Shown: positions 1-12,529 of the stretch, piece after piece
Numbering within the stretch: position 1 is the stretch's first letter
Layout: each line of letters begins with the position of its first letter
From: Thelocarpon superellum
Lineage: Eukaryota
NCBI GenBank assembly: GCA_026025795.1
Contig: JAPEUG010000002.1
Coordinates: forward strand, 62,001-126,000
Length of the DNA: 64,000 nucleotides
Direction of reading: 5' to 3'
Translations under genes and position numbers: made by a program
Notes under the pieces: model-generated
What the model was told of the DNA's origin: nothing
The model's database searches: none
What the model saw: the letters and a program-made list of their open reading frames with translations, nothing else

Positions 1-306
1 CTCTTGCGTTCTACCGTCCTTCTATAGGTCGGCTAATTACGCCGCCCGTTGCGCCGCCGCCTGGGTGACATTCGCCTCGCACCTGTTCGCGGCGTCACTA
101 GAGGAAGATCATGCAGCTCCATGACCATGGACTGGCGCCAGCCACGTTTCTCCTGCATGATTTGCTGGCATCGCTGCGGGGCACATCGACACATCACAAC
201 TCGACTCAAGTGACCGGTCACGGGATGGATGCTTACATGTGCAGAAGGATGGTATTGCGTGGGAGCGAGTGAGATGCACGACCCGTGCCGATTGACGCTG
301 ATGCTA

Positions 307-1800
307 CTAGTCATACTGATCGGACAGGGTACAGAAGAAGTGGTAAACCTGCTCCCGCGACAGCGACACGGCACCGCCATCGCCGACTGCTCTCGCACCC
401 ACCATGGCATCAAGAAGAGGACGGATTGCACCTTGGTCGGCGTGTGCTCTAATGTCCATTTCCACCCGGGCGTTGTTCACGCTCGCTGCTCCGACAACCA
501 TGATGAAGCTGTAGCCTTTCCGCTTGGCCTCGGACACTTTCTTGCTCAGCGATCGGTCGGAATCGTCGACATCCACAATGAACGAGGGCACGCTCATGGC
601 CTGCGGCACCGACGCCGATACATAACCATCACGCGTTGGCGATAGACCTGACAAGAAGTCGGCGGTGGCATGCGCGTAATCTCGAACGACGTCTGGCTGA
701 TTCGTCACTGTCACGATGATGGCCTGCCGCGGACTGAGCCAGAAGGGCCATCGTCCTTGATAATGTTCCATCAACAATGCCAGGAATCGCTCCAGCGATC
801 CCAACACGGCTCGATGGATGATGACCGGCGTGGCCAGTCCGGCGTCGGATTGGAATTCCAAGCCAAATCGCTGCGGCAGCTGGAAGTCGAGCTGAACCGT
901 CGCGGTCTGATGCTCCTTGCCGTTGTTGTCGGAGAGGATGACGTCAATCTTCGGCCCGTAGAAAGCTCCATCTCCGGGGTTTGACGTCCATTGGTGCCCA
1001 CTCTGGGCCAATGCCTGCGACAATGCCTCTTCGGCGCGGTCCCATTCCTCAACCGTTCCCACATAGTCTTGCTCGGGTCGAGTTGAGAGGACTAATTTGA
1101 AGGGCGGTAGCTTGAAGGTCCGGTAGACCATGCCAATCAGGTCCAGCGTCGATGCAATCTCCTGCGCGACTTGGTCGGGGCGGCAAAAGATGTGTCCATC
1201 GTCTTGATGAAACCTCCGCACCCGCGTCAAGCCACTCAGCGCGCCCGAGACTTCATCCCGATGCAAGGCACCGAACTCGGCGAACCGGACGGGGAGGCTC
1301 CGCCATCCTCGCGTTTGTGTCTTGTAGAGGAGGCAATGGCCAGGACAGTTCATCGGCTTCAGCCCGTAGGCTTCCTCGGCCTCCACGTCCGTGGGCTCGC
1401 TGGAACGACGGGCGGCGCGGCCCGTTACCGCAAACATCTCATTTCGGTAGTTCTCCCAGTGTCCCGAAGTCTCCCACAGCGCCTTCTTGTAGATGGTGGG
1501 CGTGAGCACCTCCTGGAATCCAAATCGACGGTACTGAACCCGGAGGAAGGCGACGAGCTTGTTGAAGAGGTGCGCGCCATCGGGCAGAAAGAGAGGAGAG
1601 CCAGGGCTGTGTTTGGAGTTGGTGAAGAGCTCCTGCTGCGTGCCGATATCGCGGTGGTCGGCTGGTGGAATTGGTGCATGAGCCGCTGTTGTCGTCTGGG
1701 CTGATCTCGCAGTCGGGAATGGTCGGGCGGAGGTACACGAACAGGCACGGACGAAGAGGCGTCGTCGACCATGTCTCGACCAGACCCTCAGCGGCCGCAT
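307..1800 (-). CDS. MST1: Mitochondrial threonyl-tRNA synthetase (class II, lacking N-terminal editing domain)
   Basis: 497-aa ORF with Arg-rich presequence-like N-terminus and ThrRS motifs DHRDIG, SGHWENY, LKPMNCPGHC, GLTRVRRFHQDDGHIFC, GDGAFYGPKID, QLDFQLP, IHRAVLGSLERF, WPFWLSPRQ. Confidence 0.93.
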   Translation of the reverse strand: MRPLRVWSRHGRRRLFVRACSCTSARPFPTARSAQTTTAAHAPIPPADHRDIGTQQELFTNSKHSPGSPLFLPDGAHLFNKLVAFLRVQYRRFGFQEVLTPTIYKKALWETSGHWENYRNEMFAVTGRAARRSSEPTDVEAEEAYGLKPMNCPGHCLLYKTQTRGWRSLPVRFAEFGALHRDEVSGALSGLTRVRRFHQDDGHIFCRPDQVAQEIASTLDLIGMVYRTFKLPPFKLVLSTRPEQDYVGTVEEWDRAEEALSQALAQSGHQWTSNPGDGAFYGPKIDVILSDNNGKEHQTATVQLDFQLPQRFGLEFQSDAGLATPVIIHRAVLGSLERFLALLMEHYQGRWPFWLSPRQAIIVTVTNQPDVVRDYAHATADFLSGLSPTRDGYVSASVPQAMSVPSFIVDVDDSDRSLSKKVSEAKRKGYSFIMVVGAASVNNARVEMDIRAHADQGAIRPLLDAMVGARAVGDGGAVSLSREQVYHFFCTLSDQYD

Positions 1801-2352
1801 CGAGCACCTGGACCGTTCGGATCTGATGCGGCGAAGGAGGGGCTTCCGGAGCTCCCCTGAGTAACTCCTCCAGATTTATCGAGGGCCAGACATGGGCACA
1901 GAGCCCTCCTCGAAATCCGTGAGGCGCTCTCGATAGCTTGGTCACGGCGACGAGTGCACGTACGGAATTTCCGTCGAGCACAGTCGACGGATCTAACGTG
2001 ATTTGGTGGTCACGAGTGCGGTCGACGCGCTAGACCTGGATCTGGATCGGGTCGGCAGACGCGCTGGTCGACTGACGTAGACGCGCCATGGCGACTGCGA
2101 AGCGCCACAAGAGGCAAGCCTTGCCTGAATCATACCTGCCCTCCGTCCTGGTTGCCTGTTGCTGTATCCTCCAATCCGCGGGGTCACAGGGACCATGTTT
2201 AGACCTTGTTCCTCCATCAACTGACCCTCCCCCCTTGGTCCTGGCCAACAGACCTCGAACACAATCAGGCCGCCCACGGCGATGACGATACATCTTCTGG
2301 TTCAACTCAGCTTCCCTGCCCATAACCCGCGACACCCCCCACTCCGGCCGCC

Positions 2353-4074
2353 ATGCCTCGGATGAGCACGAGAGAGAACAAGATTCAGCTGGGCGACTCG
2401 TGGGTGGTCGAAGGAGAAGATGGGCTGAGCGCGACCGATGACGAGCGCCAGCGGCTCGAGAAAGGAGAGGAGGAAGAGGATGATGAGCACGATCTCGCCC
2501 CGGCACCTCTAAAACTGCGGCGTCGTCCGGCGCCCAGCATGAGCAGCGCCTCCGATCTAGAGCTCGTGATGCCGTCGCTGGGGGGAGATTCCGTGGACGG
2601 ATCGTGGCAGGCATCCGCGATCCGTAGGGGCGCCCGCGCACATGCGCCCGCCCGACGATCCACGGAGGTGGCGACCCCACGGCGCCGAAGCTCGCGTTTG
2701 ACGAATGAAGACATTTCGTCGACTGGCCAGCGAGCGACAGCAGCTCCGAGGGCTAGAAGACGAAATGCGGAAGACAAAGCCGACCGGGTCCAGTCTCGCC
2801 GGCCTACGATCGCCGCTGCCGGCGTGCTGGCGTCGATCGCCGAATGGGCACTGGACGTGGTGGGCATGGGGTTCACCAAATCCAAATGGGGACTCTCGTC
2901 GCTGTTGGCCGTTTCCATTCCCATCTGCGCCCTGTGGCTCCTCTTCAACCTGGTCACCAATTCCCTCTCCAACACTCTCACCGCGTCGCTCGCCCCGATC
3001 TGCAGCATTCCGGGGACCTCCTTCCTCGACCTTCCCTTCTGCGCCCCTCGCGTCTCCATCAGCCATCGCTCGGAGCCAATGCCCCCAGTGGAATTTGAGC
3101 AGTTGATGGCGGTACAATCCAAGTTCGAAGAAGTGCTGGAGCAAAGCGCCGGGAGCGTCTCCCTCCCGTTGGACATGAAGCGAGGCGAAGCATCTATTCG
3201 CGACCTACGACAACGCGTCCGATACAGCTCTCTTCGTTCCAAGTAGGTTGCGGCTGCCTCAGAGCGATAGTCGTCGGGTACTAATGCTGACGGCCGACAT
3301 AGGAATGAACTCGACCTCGAATTTGAGGGCTTCATCGACACAGCGCGCATCGCGTCATTGGATCTACAGCGCTTTAACAGCCACGTGGGCCGCGCGGTGG
3401 ATAGCGTGCTGGCCACTACTCGCTGGACGACTCGCGTGCTGGATGGGATCGCAATCCAGGACAGCGCCCGCGGCATGTTCGAAGCGGCGAGCAGCCGCTT
3501 CCTTGCCCTGTTCACGCCCATTCGATACAACGACGACATCTTACTGGACCAGTACATCCAGCACACCCGTATCGTCGAGGAAGAGATCCACAAGCTCATC
3601 GCTGAGGCACAGGCGGTGCTCCGCGTGCTGAACCACCTCGAAGACCGGCTCGACGTCATTCACGGGATCGCGACGCGAGACGATGTGCATGCCAAGCAGA
3701 GCAAGGAGGAGATTCTCTCCTACCTCTGGACCATGGTCGGTGGAAACCGAGGAAAACTCCATCAAATGGATCGGCAGCTCCAGCTGTTGGAGCAGGTGGG
3801 CGTCTACCGGAAGACGGCCTATGCCCACGTGAGCGGCACCATCCTGCGTTTGCAGGAGATGGGCGCAGGTCTCGAAGATCTTCGCGAACGAGTTGCCGCG
3901 CCCGAGCTGCTCCGTGATCGGGCCGAAATCCCACTGAGCGTGCACATTGAGAGCATTCAGCGGGGGGTGGAGCGACTCGAGATGGGACGATACAACGCGC
4001 GTGAGGTTGAGAACGGCCGCATCAAGGGGAGCCTGCACCACGAATCGTCTGTCGAACACTTGATCGACGGCTGA
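2353..4074 (+). CDS. Conserved-looking hypothetical fungal protein: disordered N-terminus, one hydrophobic/TM segment, long helical/coiled-coil C-terminus (2 exons)
   Basis: ORFs 2353-3246 and 3358-4074 are joined in frame by intron 3243-3302 (GTAGGT...GCTGAC...ATAG), giving ...YSSLRSRNELDLEFEGF... Hydrophobic stretch WGLSSLLAVSIPICALWLLFNLV. Confidence 0.75.
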
Positions 4075-4371
4075 GGACGGACTGCTTGCTTCTGTCTTCC
4101 GTCTCCACCGTTGAGCCAGCCCTGGTCTTGACCCTGCACTCATCGATCAGGATGGAGAAGCGATCCAAGTGGTATGGACGACATTGGCGGACGAGAGGCC
4201 AGAGATCCGTCTTTTGCTCGTGATGAGACCTTGTGGCGTTGGCGGGGTCCGGGAGCTCGGATCTATTTGCAGGTGCTTTACGGCGAGAGGAGCTCCGGTT
4301 ATTCATTACTGGCCTCGTTATATGAAGTGCTCAGGGCTAGTCTGATGAACTTGGGAGGGCCCCGTGGATAG

Positions 4372-7300
4372 TCACGAAGCACCCTCGGCACTTGTCGGCG
4401 CTGAGTCAGGAGCTGGGAGTTTGAGCAGGAGGGCGACGGCATGGCGCTCCCTAGCGTTGGCCAGGTCGAATGGCGTGGCCGCAAGCTCGCCAAGCAGCCT
4501 TGCGGACGGATCGGCACCTTTGTCCAAGAGCCGTCGAATGATGGACTCTCCCCCCGTCTGGCTGGCCTGGTGTAAGGGGGTCCAGCCGGTTTGGTTGGGA
4601 ATGTTAGGGTCCGCGCCGTGTGCAAGCAACCACTCCACCACGTCTTCATGGCCATTCAACAGCGCGTAAAGCATCGGCGTGCTTCCGCAGTTATCTCTGT
4701 GGTCGAGATTGCCGCCTGCTTCGCGCAGGGTGTCCAAGACGCCCACGCGCCCGAATATCGCCGCCAGCACAGCGGGAGTGGCTCGAATTTTTGATCGCGG
4801 CTCCGGGACGGCCCCGGCAGCCAAGAGGCACAGGATCACGTCCTTGCGGCCTTTGCTCGTCGCGTGATGGAGCGGGGTCCAGCCCATCCGATCTTCCGTC
4901 TCGATCCCGGCCCCACCTTCCAGTAGAGCCGTCACGTTCCGCGGCGGGCCGGATGCAGCCGCCACGTGAATGGGAAAGTGGCCCGTGTCATTCGTCACGT
5001 CGACGTTCGCGCCGGCCCGCAATAGCAGCGGAAGGGCGAACTCGTCTGCATGCGAGGCGGCGTGATGCAAGGCCGTGCACTCCTTGGCGTCCCTCTCGTC
5101 GAGCTTTGCTCCCTTGGCGATCAGCTTCTCCAGGATTGAATGGCAGGCGTTCGCCGCTGCAAAATGAAGCGCCCTGAACCCGGCCGACTCCCGTGATTCA
5201 ATGTCCGCCCCGTGAGCCAAGAGGATTTCCGTCACCTTCTCATGTCCCATCATCACCGCCACGTGTAGCGCGGTACGTTGTTTCGGCCCGCTCTTCAGCT
5301 CCATCTCGGCTCCTTGCTCGAGCAGGAATTGAACCATTTCCTCAAGTCCGAGGCTCGCGGCCTTCATCAATGCCGTTACTCCTATGCCGTCTCGCGCGTT
5401 CACTTGCAGCGCTCGCGACTCATCGGCCTCGAGAAGAAGCCGTGCCACGGACACCTGATTGTCTTGCGCGGCCCAATGCAGCGCCGTCTTCCCAGACACA
5501 TCCCTCGCCATGACGTCGGCACCCGCGAGCAGCAGCGGCCGAATGGCCTCGTCGCCATTCCACCGGATCGCTTGTCCTCTCCACGCCGCCCAGTGCAGCG
5601 GCGTCCACATGGACGAATCTTTGGCCTCAATTTCGGCGCCGTCCGCGATGAGCTTCCGCACACTGGCGGCATGTCCAAAGAAGCAAGCTATCATGAGTGC
5701 CGTCGGGCTCTTCGGGGGTGCTGGATCGGTCGATATCGTGATCCAAAACACCTGCCACCACGTCATGAACGTCTGGGAGGCCGGGTGACACAGCTTGAGA
5801 GCCACGTCGATCGACGCAACCTCCTGTCGACTTTCCGATCGCTGAAAGTGCGTGGCCCAGCTCTTGGCGGCGTAATCAAGAAAATCATGTCGCTGGACGT
5901 AGATAGGAACTTGTTCCTTCAGTACCTCGCCCTCTCCGACAACAAGACCGTCGACTTCAAAAACGTCAAAGGAGAGATACCACATGCAGATGTTGGCTAG
6001 CCCGAACTCGGCTTTGCCCTCGTCCAAAGAGTGCTTCCACAACAACTCATCAGAAGGACAATCTCCCACGGGTTTTACTAGGAACTCCTTGGCGGTCTGG
6101 TGCACCAGATAGATCTTAGACTCAGTGATCCTCACAAACGGCCCACAGAGTTTCTTGATCGACCGCTCCATCGAGAACTCCAGTCGGGCCGCCATATCCT
6201 TCTCCGACTTGTCCGTCTCGCGAATGTTCAGTGCGACGTTCATCTCCGTCAGGGTGAGCGGCCGCAGCGCGGTGACGATGATCTCGAGCGCCTTTCGCAA
6301 CCTCGGCTGCTCCGGACGTTTTGAAAGAATGGTGCTATAGACGTCATCCAACTGCTCGGGCAGAGCGGCCAAGCGTTGGAGGAAGGCCTCTTCAGAAGCC
6401 CTCGTGCTGGTCTCCAACAACTCCAACACCACCGAAACCCACAGAAAGGTCCGGTCGGCATTGGCGATGAGCCGCTGCTCAATCTTCTCCCGCGTCCCTT
6501 TGGTGCAGGATGTCATGAACTCCAACTCGTTCAGTCGCTGCCTGATCACTGTGGCAATATCGGCGCTGATGCTTTCCGACTCATCCTCCGCCTTGAGCCT
6601 GACGTTGGGCACGCGGTGAAAGAGGGTCTCGATCGATTCGTATGGTCGGCTGGTCATCAACACCCTCAGCGCCGGGAGCTGCGAACTGGTGCTTTTGGCT
6701 CGGGTCGTGAGATAGGGCACCATCAACTTGAGCAGTCTCGTCCGATCCGACTCCTCGCATTCGTCCAGCGCGTCGATGACGCAGATGACCTCCCCGGCCG
6801 CGGGATCGGCGCACATGTCTCTGAAAATCTCCCACAGCGAAGGTAGCTCGCCCGACATTCGCGATCCTCGGCGTTCAAAGACGGCGGTGGCGTGACGAAG
6901 CAGCGCGCGATTGGTGGACAGCAGCTGGTGCAGCAGGCCACAGAGAATCGCCGTGGCGTCCTTTTGCGAATCAACCTTGTCATCGCAGAAGAAGAAGCAG
7001 ATGCTGGCTGAGGGGGCGCTATGGCATTTGAGATCCTCGACCAGAAAGGACGCGAGCACGGACTTTCCACACCCAGGGTCGCCCGAGATCCAGAGCAGGC
7101 TGGTGTTTTCCTGCTCGAGCCACGACCGGTACCTCGAATGTTCCAGAAACCATGTGCATGTCCCGTCGACACGGTTCACGATGCTTTGCTTGTGGCCATC
7201 ATAATCCGAGGTGCAGAGGCATTGCAGACAACTGATCTCGACGCCGGAAAGCGCTGAAAATGGGTCAACCGTGCCGTTCGCTGCGCAGCCACGAGTCACA

Positions 7301-8608
7301 TCTCTACGTACGCACGGGAGCCACGACGGCCGGGCGATCCGGCACCGCTGGCACCGGGGGGCCCAAGGCGGACTCGGCCAGGGAATTGATGGCTTTCCAG
7401 ATCGGGGTATATTTCTGGCTCCCGATCTCCGCAAAACGACAGATCATGCGATGGTCTCCCTGAACGGGGATTGCTCGCTCGTTTGGCCAGCCGAGACAGG
7501 CGGAGTCTTGATCGACGATCTGTCCCATGCACTTAGTTCACCGCGGGCATTCACGTAGATCGGATCGGGCTGGACGCACAACACAGTTGAGGTTCGAAAA
7601 CTTCTCGGTCTCGTAGAAGGAGACGATGGGAAAGTCGGCCCCTCGCTCGATGAATTGCTTGGATACGTCGGCGAGGACGGGGCTGTCTCTCTTCAGGGCT
7701 TTGACCAGATCTCTGTTCGTGCTGAAGCCGACGGTCGCAGCACTCAGCACATCCGCGACCAGCGTGGCCCAGAAGGCGGGCGATGCACCTCTGTGGGGGG
7801 TGCCCATGAACGCAATTCCTTTGATCTTCTCCAGGAGGGCCCCATGTAGGCGAGATCTGGCCTGAGCAATGACGAGAGCCTGAGATAATCAGCCGGGCCC
7901 CCGACCGTCTCCCGGTTCCCCCGTACCTTTTTGACCACAATGCCGCCGAGGCTATGACAGACGAAGATGACCGGCCTCGCTTTTTCCTGGCTTGAGATCA
8001 GATTCATTCCACACGAACACCCACAGCCCGAAGACGCGGACGCTACAGTACCTGCGGCGTCACTCGAATGTCGCTCAGCCTGGTGAACAAATCGACGGCG
8101 AAATCGTCAATGTTGGCCACGGACTTGCTAAAGGCGACGATGGAATCATAGCCGTAGGTCATGATGCGCGCACATGGGACCTGCTGAGGCAGGAAGTCAC
8201 GCAGCCAGAGCGGCCCATCAGACCAGGTGCCAAAGGCATCTCCTCCCAGCCCATGAACGGCGACGATGCTTTCGACACCAAGGTCAGATCTCAGATCTCA
8301 GACGTCCGACGTGTGCGTGCGGGTCACATTGCACTACAACGTACTCTACCTGTCTCTCCTGGTCGGACGGCTTGTCCTGCAGCACCCACAGTCCGTTCTT
8401 CTCCCTCGCTGGCGCACTGGCCTAGCCCCAGGGTCAGACGCGCCACAAGCAGATTGGGGGTGGCAGGGGAGTGGGAGTGGGAGTGGGAGTGGGAGTGGGT
8501 GTGGGTGTGGGAGCGGGAGTTTCTGAGGGGAGAACAACTGACAGCGATTGCCGCGACGTCCCCGCTACCTCGATGCGTCAGTCGCTCCTTCCATCTGGAG
8601 AAGCTCAT
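4372..8608 (-). CDS. Fungal NLR-like protein: N-terminal SesB/PGAP1-like alpha/beta-hydrolase + NACHT NTPase + C-terminal ankyrin repeats (about 7 exons)
   Basis: Reconstructed spliced N-terminus: KNGLWVLQDK..VD|IVAVHGLGGDAFGTW..WLRDFLP..ARIMTYGYDS..RPVIFVCHSLGGIVVKK|ALV..GIAFMGTPHRG..SFYET..|IVDQDSA..GDHRMICRF. NACHT: GTCTWF, Walker A WISGDPGCGKS, Walker B VIDALDEC, TSRP, FLWV, LVHQTAKEFL. About 12 ankyrin repeats (TPLHWAA, TALHVAV, TPLHQAS). Confidence 0.9.
8467..8520 (+). repeat. Hexanucleotide microsatellite (GGGAGT/GGGTGT)n inside predicted intron 1 of the NLR gene
   Basis: Direct reading: gggagtgggagtgggagtgggagtgggagtgggtgtgggtgtgggagcgggagt. Confidence 0.85.
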
Positions 8609-9418
8609 GGCGACTTTCACCGGAACGGCGGCCCGGCAATCGCCCGCACGAGTGGGATGATTCTCGATATGATATCTCGGTGGTATATACGATCCCGCGT
8701 GGACAGTTCTTGAGGAGCACCCCCTATGTTGACGGCGACGAAATTGCCGAGAAAATCAAGGGGTTCTCCAGTGTATTGGCCGTGTCAAGATGGTGTATCT
8801 TGCACAAGATCTGTTCCTGGAGAAGATGAAAGGTACTCCTCCACCGATGTTGCCCATCGACGCAAGGCTGACGCCGGACTCAGCTTCGAGCTCCAGCGGC
8901 ACGCGCAGCTGCAAGCCACAACTGCTTTTCACCCAATAGAACGGTCCAGATTCTGCTGACTCATCACGCAGTCCCCAGCGTCCCTCTAAGAGCGCCGGCG
9001 TGGCAGCCATGTGGGTTATGGATGTGATGTGGCAGCGGCTACGAATGCAAGTGCTCAGAACAGCATGACGGGGCAAGCAATGTCGAAGTAGCCTGTCGGT
9101 CGGTGGGATCAGGGGTGGTCCTTGCTTCCTCAGAGCTGCGACGAGACAGGATCTCGTGCCCAGCGTCGGAACACGTGACCTGAGGCCCCCCATTACGATG
9201 TCTGCTCAAGTCTTGATGGATCTTGGCTTTGGAACGTTATCGCATTGCATGTTATATGCTCGGAAAGTTGCGGGCACAGAATTTTCTACTGGGCGACCTT
9301 TTTTCATCGCGGGGCTGGCAGGAAGCAGGAAGATCGCAGTTCATCTCGGACGAGAGCGGCGATACTTCGATAAAGCGCTCATTCATACATCTCGATGAGC
9401 TCAGATTGAGAGCCAAAC

Positions 9419-10480
9419 TTAGATGCCAAGACGTGCACAGGCCTCTTTGGACGCTCTGTGTTTCGCCTCCTTCTTGTTCCTTCCAGCTCCCACAAAGATT
9501 GCATCGTCCACGTGGCATTCGACGTGAAATGAAGGAGCTAGCGGACTGCCCACGTCAAACTCCAGGTACTTGAGACTTGCACCTGTCTTGGCGTGGTGTT
9601 CGTTGAGGCGGCTGGTGCATCTCGCCATAATCTCATTCGGTTGCTGAGCTTCTTGTTGTTCGTTCTGCTTCATATCAAGCGCCGATGAAGACGAGCGGCT
9701 GGTGTTCCCGCGGGCGGATTCTCCACCGCTTGTCTCTTCTATGCGGGCGTTGCTGGGTACGATAAGACACTTGTCGTTGGCGGACTCACCGGCGTCCACG
9801 GTGGGGTCGCGAAGTTCTCGGAGCCACAATGACAACGTCTCGACGGTTGCCGACATCGACCGGGCGTGTCGCACGTGGAGACCAAGGAAGGCTTGGAAGA
9901 TTCCGCCGTAGCTTCCTCCCGGTCCAAGGGTGGTCGAAATAGCAGCCACAAACGGATCGGAAAGGGGTACGTTTCCATAGAGCTGACGATACGGGAGGTC
10001 TCTAAGCAGATCATCTTCCGTATCCTATCTGAAGGTTAGCCTTACATGTGTTGCGGGGTATGACTTGCACGCGCATACCTTGAGGGCTCTGCTGTTCTGT
10101 CGCTCATGCCGAGCAATGGTGTGTTCGATGAGACAGAGACGGAGTGCACGTTCACCACACCACAGGTCTTTTTCAAATTGAGAGAGGTTCCTCGTCCAAT
10201 CGTCCCCGAGGACGCGCTCCCACTTGTCATGGCCACGAGAGGTCAAGGCTGAACTGACCGCGGCAGGGACGGTGTTGTTCATGTTCGGCTGGGGAGACGA
10301 ATCGAGTTCTGGAGTGGAGATTCTGAACGGAGCCGAATCGAGCTCTATGGGGCTATTGCAGGACTCTTGCGTCGTCAAAGGCGACCTGTGCGATGTCTGT
10401 GGTGGCTGTGGAGAGAATCTGGAGCTGCAAGAGGGGCGGTCTTTGGGTTTCCCGAACAGAAGAAGACGAGAAAAGGCCAT
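9419..10480 (-). CDS. Putative dsRNA-binding protein: degenerate RNase III-like domain + C-terminal dsRBD (2 exons; start at 10480 or 10282)
   Basis: Intron 10025-10078 (GTATGC...GCTAAC...ATAG) joins ORFs 10025-10480 and 9419-9949 in frame. C-terminus LKYLEFDVGSPLAPSFHVECHVDDAIFVGAGRNKKEAKHRASKEACARLGI fits the dsRBD pattern. FEKDLWCGERALRLCL and GGIFQAFLGLHV resemble the RNase III motifs ERLEFLGDAVL and ADxFEALxGAxY. Confidence 0.65.
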
Positions 10481-12529
10481 GGATCTGGCCGCAAGTGATT
10501 TCAGAATAGTGGATTACGACGTGGGTACCAGATACCATATTTGTAGCTTCGGACGAGTCCATTGAGAAAGGTCATACTCCCCGTCTATTCCCGACAGCTG
10601 AAAAAGGCTGCTCTGCTGGTTTCAGACACAGCCCGACTCGATTATTTCCATTTCTGCAGTCTGACATCCATACTCCCTAAACACCCAGGCAGCAGCGTCT
10701 TAGGAGGTCATGTTGAGACAAAAGAAGCTGAAGTGGCTGTATACGTATGCACAATGCCACGGGCGACGCTTCAACCAACGCATCACGCAGCACACATCAA
10801 TGGTTGCGTCTGTATCTCGCTGCGGCATGTTCTGTGCATAAGTCTGGTCTTGCTCCGCAGCGGTGTCCTTGGCAAAACTTTCCACGGTCAGATTTCCCTG
10901 ATGAGATGTCACATTAGGGAGATTCTTCGTTCAGATCTGGCCGTTTCAATGTCCGTCACAGCGTGGTTTTCCTCCTAGCCTTGGTCCGTCCTTTGCCAGC
11001 ACCGAGCATTCGGGACAGATGGCACGGCTCAGATACAACATGGTTGTTTAGGCGACGTTCCGGAAAAACGATTAGAATAAAATCGCTTTACAATCCGTTC
11101 CAGTAGGACGGAACATGAAGCGAAACGTTGATGACGTTTCTGACGTCTGAACCGCCGTCTCGTCGCGAGGAATGACATTTGAAAGACATATAGAGTCTGG
11201 GAGTCAGGTTACTTGACGGCAGTCCCTCGGGTGCCATGGTATGGTGAGAGCTGACGACGGCAAGAACGAGGGAGATGGCAACGGAAGAAAGTATGCAGCG
11301 TTGGGCGACGAGGGTAACACAAGTATAATGCATGATGAGGTGCAGGTGCTGTAAGTCGAGTATGAGCGATATTACTAACGAGAGTGACTACCTGTAGTCA
11401 TCAACTGACGGGGAGCCATATCGTACATCCGGATGTGGGGCGTGGCTACAGGGATCGGGTGCTCGCAGCGCCGCTGGTGCTTGCATGAGGGCAGAGGTCG
11501 CAAACGAGCCATCGCAGGGGCAGTAGTTTGAGAGATCGTTTCTGCAAAGATGGCGTAGGGGAGACTCCGACATGTGGTACGGACAAGCTGAATAAGGAAG
11601 CCGTGAGTCGAGCGAAGATTCCAGCTGGGCTCACCGGTTGATGAGAGCACCAAGAAAGAGTGGTGTCGATCTGGTGTGAATAGGCGACGTCATTGGCCGT
11701 TTGCCTCGCCGGTCGGGCACTCGACCCTCGAGCGTGGGGCCGCCCCATAGCGGCCGCTCAACTCAGCCACGGCAGGCAGAAGCCGTGCAGAGTCGGCAGT
11801 ATTAGAGTAGTTACTAGAGTAGTGACTCTCCAGACGCGTCGACCCCACCCCCGGCCCTTTCCTGCTCGGCAGTGGGATAATGTCCCGTCCACGATCATCA
11901 TGAGGCTCAAGCGACCGCCCACCAGTCACGAGGCGAGCTGGACGTGGTAGCTCAGGGTGTGTGGTGATACCAGAGCGGGGCTTGGCCCCCTCCGACCGGA
12001 CACTAACGCGTAGGCAGCCTCACCTTCCGCACGCCTGCGCAGAGTACTCGTACTGCCCAAACTCATCCGCGTTGCCGCAGGCATGCCCGTGCGTCGATGC
12101 CCCTGCGCCCCCTTGTGGACGGTTTGACGCCTTACGTTTCTGTCACCGCTTTCGATGTCACCTCGGCGAGGCACCCTTTCACCGGCTCCCCCAGATCTGG
12201 TCCGGTGTCAGCGGTGACCCTCTGACCATCACCCCACGGCGATATCGACGGTTGTCCGGTCGGCCATTGCGTGATGGAATCCATCATGACAAATGCGATG
12301 GCGTACCAGACCTCCTGGAGAGATGATGAGTCGCTCTCATCCTATAAGGAGCCAGATGTAGCCTTGCGATTGTCAAGATCTTGACAACGTCCTTTTCTTT
12401 CCAACTATTTGCTGCTCACGTCCCACCGGCGCCCAAAGGTCTTTGGCTCTCATCCAATCGGGATCCTCGTCCCGAATCCCTGTCCATTCCTACTTCCTCA
12501 CCCGAGCCATCCACTTCTCCTCCGTCAAG

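Noticed and set aside
7245..7434. ORF-track N-terminus (MRRSGARNIP...) of the 1020-aa NACHT-ANK ORF
   Set aside because: It reads through an intron and the wrong frame of the upstream exon. The real protein continues into the spliced hydrolase exons.
8324..8713. ORFs with HSHSHS, PLPLPL, GVGVGV or EWEWEW repeats
   Set aside because: Translations of the hexamer microsatellite that falls in predicted intron 1 of the NLR.
10560..12400. Short ORFs (10562-10978, 10700-10912, 11088-11333 and others) as extra exons or genes
   Set aside because: No consistent splice chain, codon bias or recognisable motif was found by eye.
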